From positions 1 to 14,855 of the forward strand of contig JBAWVI010000014.1 in NCBI GenBank assembly GCA_037147375.1: a DNA stretch of 14,855 nucleotides, in the 5' to 3' direction. Positions 8,577 through 14,559 of the stretch are shown piece after piece. Position 1 is the stretch's first letter; the number at the start of each line of letters is the position of its first letter. The notes beneath the pieces are model-generated. The model had not been told where the DNA came from. It did no database searches and saw only the letters and a list, made by a program, of their open reading frames with translations. The translations under genes and the position numbers were made by a program. The stretch comes from an archaeon. Lineage in GTDB: Archaea; Iainarchaeota; Iainarchaeia; Iainarchaeales; CSSED10-239.

Positions 8577-8603
8577 TATTTATAATCGTTGTTGGAATTA
8601 ATT

Positions 8604-9683
8604 ATGGATAAAATTGATGTTACAAGTACTGTTTTTTGTTATGTTGTTAAAAACTTGTGCGAAGAATTGGTTGGGGGATACATAAATAACATCCAAGCAA
8701 TTGATGAAAACACATTTAAAATTAAAATACATAAAAAGAAAACCAAACAATTAATTATTAATAATAATATTTGCTTTTTATCAGACTATGTTTTGCAAAC
8801 AAATGAAACAAATGGACTAACATCTTACTTAAAAAGAACTTTATTTAATCAAAGAGTTCACGAAATAAAGCAAGATAAAAATAATAGAGTTATTTATTTC
8901 AAGTTAGATAAGTTTTATTTAATATTTGAATTTTTTTCTAAATCAAACATAATCCTCACAGATTTGGATTTCAAAATAATTACTTCTAAACAAAAAGAAG
9001 AATGGAAGGATAGACTTATTCAAAAGGGAGAAATTTATAAATTCCCAGCAAATATTGATATTAAAGAATTGTCAGAAAAAGAAATAATAGAAAAATTAGA
9101 AGATGATCTTAAAAAAAAGATAAGTGAAATAACAAAGAAGGAATTAATTACTTATCTTGTTAAAAAATATAATTTACCTCCTAGCGATATTGAGATTGTT
9201 ATTGGAGAGAAAGAAAAAATATCCAAAGAAACAATTAAGCACATCAAAGGAATATATAATTATGAAAACCCAAGACTTGTTATTCTTGATGGTAATAAAA
9301 ATAAAATTCTTTCTGTAGTTAATGAGGAAGGACAGTTGTATGATGAAATTGAAAAATATTATTTAGAGATTTACAAAGATAAGACTGTTGAAATTCAAAC
9401 AACTAAGCAAAATAAAAATCAATTTATTTTAAATGAACAAATTGAAACAAAGAAGAAATTCGAAGACTATATAACTAAATTAAACACAGAAGGGGAAGTA
9501 ATTTATTCTTATTTTACATATATTGATCAAATTAATCAACAGATTGAGATTGCAACCAATAAAAAAGTAAGTGAAAAGGAAATTATTAAAAAAATTAATG
9601 ATTATCTTGAAAAAAATAAAGTTTCAATTAAAATAAACTCAATTAATCAGAAAACTAAAACATATATCGCTGATTTTAAATAG
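8604..9683 (+). CDS. NFACT-N domain protein (Rqc2/RqcH/FbpA-like), half-length form lacking NFACT-R
   Basis: Taken from ATG 8604 (359 aa). The blocks VVKNLCEELVGGYINNIQAIDENTFKIKI, LKRTLFNQRVHEIKQDKNNRVIYFKL and FEFFSKSNIILTDLDFKII match the NFACT-N pattern (L..el..L.GgrI.kI.Q....l.l.l; LRK.L.g.ri..i.Q...DRiv.f.f; ElfgkGNiiL.d....Ii). The Lys/Glu-rich coiled-coil-like C-terminal half ends where the middle domain of full-length homologues would begin. Confidence 0.65.
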   Translation: MDKIDVTSTVFCYVVKNLCEELVGGYINNIQAIDENTFKIKIHKKKTKQLIINNNICFLSDYVLQTNETNGLTSYLKRTLFNQRVHEIKQDKNNRVIYFKLDKFYLIFEFFSKSNIILTDLDFKIITSKQKEEWKDRLIQKGEIYKFPANIDIKELSEKEIIEKLEDDLKKKISEITKKELITYLVKKYNLPPSDIEIVIGEKEKISKETIKHIKGIYNYENPRLVILDGNKNKILSVVNEEGQLYDEIEKYYLEIYKDKTVEIQTTKQNKNQFILNEQIETKKKFEDYITKLNTEGEVIYSYFTYIDQINQQIEIATNKKVSEKEIIKKINDYLEKNKVSIKINSINQKTKTYIADFK

Positions 9684-9728
9684 TTAGATAAAAAGCTAAA
9701 TATTGAATATCAATTATAAATAGATGTT

Positions 9729-9769
9729 AAAAAATAGAAAAAAAATAAAGAACTTATTGTTCTTTATTT
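9729..9769 (-). terminator. Hairpin plus U-tract terminator candidate downstream of the PRC-barrel gene (possibly bidirectional)
   Basis: A perfect 11-bp inverted repeat, AAATAAAGAAC (9743-9753) / GTTCTTTATTT (9759-9769), has a 5-nt loop. On the - strand the stem runs straight into T8, then CTA, then T6 (complement of 9729-9745). The stop codon of the - strand gene (9754-9756) lies in the loop. Confidence 0.5.
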
Positions 9770-10017
9770 ACTTGTCCTTCGTCAACAATGAAAACATCGC
9801 TTACTGCAAGGATTGCTTTGAATGGTACTTCAATCATATTACCTTGTAAATTTAACTTCTGAATAAATGTTGATGTTGGATCAACTTCTACTAAGATTGT
9901 TTCGATTTCTCCAGTAACTTCGTTTACCATTAAATCAATTAAACGACCTATGTTATCTCCTTTGTTGGTTATTAACTTCTTTGTTGCAAGTTGTCTTGCT
10001 ATTGCGTATTTGTACAT
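9754..10017 (-). CDS. Stand-alone PRC-barrel domain protein
   Basis: 87-aa ORF. LITNKGDNIGRLIDLMVNEVTGEIETILVEV...MIEVPFKAILAVSDVFIVDE fits the PRC-barrel pattern (v.d.dG..lG.v.Dl.vd..tG.i..lvv....... iP...v..v.d.vvv). SD GAGG (complement of 10025-10028) lies 7 nt upstream of the ATG. Confidence 0.8.
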   Translation of the reverse strand: MYKYAIARQLATKKLITNKGDNIGRLIDLMVNEVTGEIETILVEVDPTSTFIQKLNLQGNMIEVPFKAILAVSDVFIVDEGQVNKEQ

Positions 10018-10058
10018 ACCAGATCCTCTCTTTTAATTTTTATTTCATTTTTATATTT

Positions 10059-10066
10059 TATATAAA
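10059..10066 (-). promoter_or_regulatory. Candidate TATA box (TTTATATA on - strand) for the PRC-barrel gene
   Basis: The complement of TATATAAA reads TTTATATA, the archaeal consensus, 42 nt upstream of the ATG. This implies a leader of about 18 nt that contains the SD. Confidence 0.4.
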
Positions 10067-10302
10067 TTTAATCTAATTATATGTTACTAAATATATTTAT
10101 AAAGTAATCTGTTTCGAAAACCAGAATAAAACACTTAATTTGTTGTTATTCCTAACCACATAAACAAATGAAAAAGGGTCAAAACTACTTGTTTTCACTT
10201 AGCAGATACATTTAATAAAATAATGTAGATAATAGAATATAAAACAATAATTATTTAAAGATATTTATTTATGTAAATATGAACAAACGGGGTGAAAAAG
10301 AT

Positions 10303-10509
10303 ATGGAATTTGAAAAAGAACAAATTATTCTCTTAATTATTTGTTTAATTATTGGTTTCATTATTGGAATAACTATTAATACAGATAACGTATTAAAAGG
10401 ATCTTGCAATAAAGAACAAACTGAAATTAACGTATTAACAAAAGAAATTAATAGTTGCTTAGATAAATTGAATCAAAACGTAGATGTAAATACAGGACTT
10501 GAAAAATAA
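10303..10509 (+). CDS. Small single-pass membrane protein, hypothetical
   Basis: I moved the start from ATG 10279 to ATG 10303. GGGGTGA (10289-10295) lies 7 nt upstream of 10303 and falls inside the longer ORF. The 68-aa product has one TM helix (IILLIICLIIGFIIGITI) and a 40-aa tail with two Cys. Confidence 0.55.
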   Translation: MEFEKEQIILLIICLIIGFIIGITINTDNVLKGSCNKEQTEINVLTKEINSCLDKLNQNVDVNTGLEK

Positions 10510-10518
10510 TTGTAATTA

Positions 10519-11856
10519 TTAAATAATTATTCTTCCATCTCCTAAATTAAAATTCTTTTTAGAAACAGCTTTGATTGTTTGACTTGTTTTATCTTTATAT
10601 CTAATTAATTCTTTCTTCTCATCAATTGAAACAACCTCTCCAACCCACAAACCATATCTTGATTGAACAGGAAGCCCAATTAAAACACTAGTTACTTCTT
10701 GCTTTATTGAAAATAAAGAAGTAAATTGATAAAGAAGTACTAATATTATTACTCCTACAATTATTGAAAATATAAATTGCTTTGTAGAAAATTCTAATAA
10801 TAACCATTGGAAAAATAAATCAAGCAATACAAAAAATACAACTATAAAGAAAAGATAAAATAAGTTATTTCCAAATTTGTACATTTTTTTAAGATAAAAT
10901 AAATCAATTACAGAACCTACAATCCAAGATGTGCACGCAAGAACAAAGTAGAGTAGTACTGCTCTTAGAACATAGATGAATCTATGAAGTAAATCAAAGG
11001 TAATGTTTGCAGTGTATAGGTTCGTTCCCTTAATTATTCCAAATATTAAAAAGAAAAAGAAACCAAGATAAAAAGGAAGACTTATTCTTGTTAATGAAAA
11101 CTTTTTAAAGAAGCTACGATATGCTCTTACAATTTTTGGTTCTAAATTGAAACCCTTAACTAAAAAATATATACCAAATAACAAAGCAATTATCTGAAAT
11201 GCGAATTGTTTTGCAAAAACAAACAGTAAAAGTATTATTGCAGGAATACCATAAACTATTCTTGCAAAGAATGGATCTTGAAGAGCCTTCTTAATAAAAT
11301 AAAATGTGTTTTCAATACTTTTTTCTTGTCTTACAATAATTGTTTCCTTTGAGATTATTGGTACAAAGTTTTGTACTAATGGCATTACTTGATCATCTTC
11401 TGCACCATCACTTACAAAAACAACACCAGTTGCAGGATATATTTCAAGAACTTGTTTTAATTGCATTGTTATGTTTTTATCAGCATAAAAAAAATTATCT
11501 TTTGAATGACCAGTAAGAGTTGCAATTTCAACATTATTAGTTTCAACTAGTGTATAATATTGTTTAATTGCTCCAAATATGCAGTTTGCATCTGATTCCT
11601 CAGGATCTGCAATTGCAAGAGCGGTTGCTAATTTTTTATTATTGTTTATTCCAATTATAGGTCCTGGAATTCCTGTTTTTTGACCAACATCATTATCTCT
11701 ATCAATTGAAAGAATAAGTATTTTTTCTGTACTATCAATTTGTAATTTTGGTTCTGTTGTTTGTTTTTGGTCAACTACAGGTTCAGGTACTGGAGTGACC
11801 TTTATCTTTGTCTCTTCCTTTACTTCTTTCTTTTTCTTTTTTAAAGTAGGGCTCAT
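10519..11856 (-). CDS. DUF373 family archaeal integral membrane protein (Pfam PF04123-like)
   Basis: 445-aa ORF. The N-terminal soluble domain has the blocks ILILSIDRDNDVGQK, PIIG, ADPEESDANCIFGAIKQY and VVFVSDGAEDDQVMP, which match the DUF373 signature I recall (lVLcIDRDdDLG.K...PViGre...aA..LgLADPEDSD.N.i..A...Y; viLVSDGaEDE.i.P). About 6 hydrophobic helices follow. There is a Lys-rich N-terminal extension and a C-terminal tail of about 55 aa. Confidence 0.72.
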   Translation of the reverse strand: MSPTLKKKKKEVKEETKIKVTPVPEPVVDQKQTTEPKLQIDSTEKILILSIDRDNDVGQKTGIPGPIIGINNNKKLATALAIADPEESDANCIFGAIKQYYTLVETNNVEIATLTGHSKDNFFYADKNITMQLKQVLEIYPATGVVFVSDGAEDDQVMPLVQNFVPIISKETIIVRQEKSIENTFYFIKKALQDPFFARIVYGIPAIILLLFVFAKQFAFQIIALLFGIYFLVKGFNLEPKIVRAYRSFFKKFSLTRISLPFYLGFFFFLIFGIIKGTNLYTANITFDLLHRFIYVLRAVLLYFVLACTSWIVGSVIDLFYLKKMYKFGNNLFYLFFIVVFFVLLDLFFQWLLLEFSTKQFIFSIIVGVIILVLLYQFTSLFSIKQEVTSVLIGLPVQSRYGLWVGEVVSIDEKKELIRYKDKTSQTIKAVSKKNFNLGDGRIII

Positions 11857-11977
11857 AAATATCTTTATACTAAAATATATGTAACCATATACTTTTTATA
11901 TTTATTTAATATATAGAAAGATATAAAAACACAACAACTAAAATAATATTTAGTAATTAACCTGAAGAGATTATTAG

Positions 11978-13030
11978 ATGATAACTATGGATAAACAAAA
12001 AATTAAAAATACTTTTTTTACAATAACTTTTATTGCAATATTAATACTTATATTTTCCTTAGTATTCTTAGCAAAGAACATAGGTAAAGGAATTATTTGG
12101 GCTCTTGTTGTAATTGCTATAGTTTATGTAATATTTAGATTTAAAATTATATTACAATTAAAAGATTATGAAAGAGCAGTAATTTATAGATTTGGAAAGG
12201 TTGCGAGAGTTGGAGGGCCAGGATGGACGTTTTTATTTCCTTTATTAGAAAAGGGTGTACTTGTAACTTTAAGAGTTGAAACTATTGACATCCCTCCACA
12301 AGAAGTATTAACTAAAGATAATATTCAACTTGTAATTGATGGTGTTTTATTTATTTCAGTTAAAGGAGAACCAGCAAGTGTTATTAATTCTGTAGTTAAG
12401 GTTGAAGATTATAGAAAAGCAGCAACTATGTTTGTTATTGCATCACTTAGAGATGTTGTTGGTGAATTTGAATTAAATGAAGTAATTTCAAGTATTGAAA
12501 AAATAAATAAAACTTTAATTATTAAGCTTGCTGAGGTTTCTGGGGAATGGGGTATTAAGGTTCATTCTGTTGAAATAAGTCAAGTTAGAATACCTGAAGA
12601 AATTCTTCAAGCAATGCATGAACAAAAAGCAGCTGTTCAGAAGAAGCTTGCTGTTTATGAACTTGCTGAATCAGAGAAAGCAAAGATACTTGCAATTAAA
12701 GAAGCAACAGAACATCTTTCTGAACAAACAGTTGTTTATTATTATATTAAGGCACTTGAAAAAATGGCAGAAGGACAATCATCTAAGATTATCTTTCCAA
12801 TGGAGCTTACAAATCTTCTTGAAAAGGTTTCAACAAACCTTCTTCACACAAGTAGGAATCACATAACACCTGGCGCTGTTGAAAAAGATTTAGATTTAAG
12901 TAAGATAGAAAAATATCTTCCATTCATACAATCATACATTACAGCAAAGAAGATAAGAACATCAAAAGTAAGTTTAGTTTCTAAAAATAAAAAGAAAGAA
13001 GAAAAAAATAAAAAGAAAGGAAAAAAATAA
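11978..13030 (+). CDS. SPFH/band-7 domain protein, stomatin-like
   Basis: 350-aa ORF with an N-terminal hydrophobic hairpin followed by the SPFH core: ERAVIYRFGKV..VGGPGWTFLFPLLEKGVLVTLRVETIDIPPQEVLTKDNIQLVIDGVLF...ASLRDVVGEFELNEV...WGIKVHSVEISQVRIPEEILQAMHEQKAA. The C-terminal tail is Lys-rich. Confidence 0.9.
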   Translation: MITMDKQKIKNTFFTITFIAILILIFSLVFLAKNIGKGIIWALVVIAIVYVIFRFKIILQLKDYERAVIYRFGKVARVGGPGWTFLFPLLEKGVLVTLRVETIDIPPQEVLTKDNIQLVIDGVLFISVKGEPASVINSVVKVEDYRKAATMFVIASLRDVVGEFELNEVISSIEKINKTLIIKLAEVSGEWGIKVHSVEISQVRIPEEILQAMHEQKAAVQKKLAVYELAESEKAKILAIKEATEHLSEQTVVYYYIKALEKMAEGQSSKIIFPMELTNLLEKVSTNLLHTSRNHITPGAVEKDLDLSKIEKYLPFIQSYITAKKIRTSKVSLVSKNKKKEEKNKKKGKK

Positions 13031-13044
13031 AGCGAGGTAAAATT

Positions 13045-13197
13045 ATGAGTATAATTGATATTATAATAATAATTGTATTAATATTATTAATTACAGGGAA
13101 TTTAACAATTTTTGCAGTTGGGCATTGGCTTACAATTGTGTTAGTAGTAATATTAATTATATGGGTAGTAAGATTATTAACGTCAGGAAAGAAATAG
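13045..13197 (+). CDS. 50-aa two-TM micro-protein (not in the supplied ORF track)
   Basis: ATG 13045 is preceded by GAGGT (13034-13038, 6-nt spacer) and lies 14 nt after the SPFH stop. I translated it codon by codon as MSIIDIIIIIVLILLITGNLTIFAVGHWLTIVLVVILIIWVVRLLTSGKK, with stop TAG at 13195-13197. It has two hydrophobic helices and a basic C-terminus. Confidence 0.55.
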   Translation: MSIIDIIIIIVLILLITGNLTIFAVGHWLTIVLVVILIIWVVRLLTSGKK

Positions 13198-13204
13198 GAT
13201 GTGA

Positions 13205-13789
13205 ATGATTATGCCGTTACCTAAACCAATTTTAAAAGCAAGATTTATGCAGAAAAGATTAGCACATGAAATTAAAAGAACTGGAGCAAAAGCAAAAACA
13301 GGGAAAACTAAAGGTATTTGGTCTTATATTGGAGCTTCGAGAGAACATCAAATTGTAGAAGTAGAAAAACATCAATTAAAAGATGCAAGATATGAAAAAG
13401 TAAATAACGCATTAATTAAAGAAAAACAAAGAGTACGTGATAGTGCAAAAGGAAAAGGACTTATTGCTCAAAGAGAAGCTAAAGAAAAAATAATCGAACT
13501 AGAAAGACAATTTATTGAAAAATACGTAAATAAATCAAGAATAGATAATAATAGAAAAATAAGACAAGCAAATATAATAATTGAAAAGTTAGCAAAAGTT
13601 ACATCAGAAGGAGATGTGCAATTATTTAAACGTGAAATACAGAGACATGGAATACTTGCAGCAGATGCAATTATTAAAAATTATGTGGACTTTATGAAAG
13701 TTAATAATCTAAATTACACGGAATTAACAAGACACGATGCCACAACCTTAATGTATTTATTAACTTCAAAGCTTCCACGCACAAAATAA
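13205..13789 (+). CDS. Hypothetical basic, predicted all-helical protein, no recognisable family
   Basis: 194-aa ORF beginning 7 nt after the micro-ORF stop. ATG 13211 (MPLPKP...) fits the SD-like AGGATGTGA (13196-13204) better than ATG 13205 does. The protein is rich in Lys/Arg/Glu, and I recognise no catalytic motif. Confidence 0.7.
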   Translation: MIMPLPKPILKARFMQKRLAHEIKRTGAKAKTGKTKGIWSYIGASREHQIVEVEKHQLKDARYEKVNNALIKEKQRVRDSAKGKGLIAQREAKEKIIELERQFIEKYVNKSRIDNNRKIRQANIIIEKLAKVTSEGDVQLFKREIQRHGILAADAIIKNYVDFMKVNNLNYTELTRHDATTLMYLLTSKLPRTK

Positions 13790-13819
13790 TAGGTTTGTAG
13801 TGAATAAGAAAAGAAATAA

Positions 13820-14461
13820 TTATTTTTCTTTTTTTATTTTTTCTTCTTTTTTCTTGAACTTCCTTAAAAATTCTTTCTCGAATCTATCAAGGATTTGATA
13901 ATTTATTTTTAACTTTTTATTTCCTCTATCTAGGATGAAATGAAGATAGTCTTCATCTACAAGTAGCTTATTGTTTGCTTTTAGAGGAAGAGCCATATAT
14001 TGTGTTGCTGTAGCTTCTATTATGTACTTCCCATCCTTGGATGTGATGATTCCTGCCTTCTTAAGACCAAATTCAGAGCAAAATCTTAAGACTTCTTTTG
14101 CTTTCTCATAATCTTTAGTTCCAAAATGGAAGATAAAGGGCTCAACCTTAAACCAAATATCCATTTCCTTTGTATCTTCATCTAAATCTTTCTTAAGTTC
14201 ATCAAAAGTTATTGTTCTATGATACCTTTTATGAAAATGAGATACTTCTTTATCCTCTAATTCATCAGTTGAAAGAAGCATTATTCTTCCTGCGCATGAG
14301 GAGGAAGTGAAGATATCTGGAATCTTTGTTACTTCATTTAAGAAAGGTATTAAGATTTCATCAACCTTTTTATCATCTATTGCTTTTTGAAGTGTTTCCT
14401 TATGATGCTTTTTAGTCATAGTAAACCTTTGATCTATTGAATTTTTATTATCTGATTGCAT
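13820..14461 (-). CDS. taw3: tRNA wyosine-derivative methyltransferase Taw3 (TYW3 domain)
   Basis: 213-aa ORF. VDEILIPFLNEVTKIPDIFTSSSCAGRIMLL matches the TYW3 signature (vDe.i..ll..iN....y.TtSSCSGRi). WFKVEPFIFHFGTKDYEKAKEVLRFCSEFGLKKAGIIT matches the second conserved block. The C-terminal tail is Lys-rich. Confidence 0.75.
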   Translation of the reverse strand: MQSDNKNSIDQRFTMTKKHHKETLQKAIDDKKVDEILIPFLNEVTKIPDIFTSSSCAGRIMLLSTDELEDKEVSHFHKRYHRTITFDELKKDLDEDTKEMDIWFKVEPFIFHFGTKDYEKAKEVLRFCSEFGLKKAGIITSKDGKYIIEATATQYMALPLKANNKLLVDEDYLHFILDRGNKKLKINYQILDRFEKEFLRKFKKKEEKIKKEK

Positions 14462-14500
14462 AAATATTCTTTTCCTTTAATTAAAACAAATACATTTATA

Positions 14501-14533
14501 ATAAGTTAGATTATATATAATATAAGTAGATTA
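14501..14533. repeat. Near-identical direct repeat ATAAGT(T)AGATTA x2 in a divergent promoter region
   Basis: ATAAGTTAGATTA (14501-14513) and ATAAGTAGATTA (14522-14533) differ by one T. Their starts are 21 nt apart. Confidence 0.4.
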
Positions 14534-14559
14534 AGCTTTAAAAGTAATGTGTGAAAAAT

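Noticed and set aside
8589-8603. TTG start proposed by the ORF track for the NFACT-like gene (MLELI...)
   Set aside because: The in-frame ATG at 8604 begins the conserved NFACT-N alignment. The TTG would also lie only 3 nt from the TATA-like box at 8579-8586.
9111-9118. A8 homopolymer inside the NFACT-like CDS as a possible slippage or phase-variation site
   Set aside because: The frame is intact across it (L-K-K-K-I). A-runs of this length are common in this Lys-rich, AT-rich genome, for example at 5654-5661 and 9738-9745.
10168-10215. 15-codon ORF (MKKGQNYLFSLSRYI) in the long spacer
   Set aside because: It is too short, has no SD, and overlaps the hairpin. It is indistinguishable from chance.
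10279-10302. Upstream ATG 10279 as the start of the small membrane protein
   Set aside because: The strong SD GGGGTGA (10289-10295) lies inside this extension, correctly spaced for ATG 10303. The candidate TATA at 10252-10259 would place the transcript start at about 10280.
12618-12866. 82-aa + strand ORF in an alternative frame of the SPFH gene
   Set aside because: It is an out-of-frame overlap with the conserved SPFH C-terminal helix, and its Lys/Gln/Leu-rich product is a composition artefact.
13205-13789. Slight excess of CGN Arg codons (3 of 16) as a hint of foreign origin
   Set aside because: CGT is also used in tuf and occasionally in DP2. The sample is far too small, and overall composition matches the neighbours.
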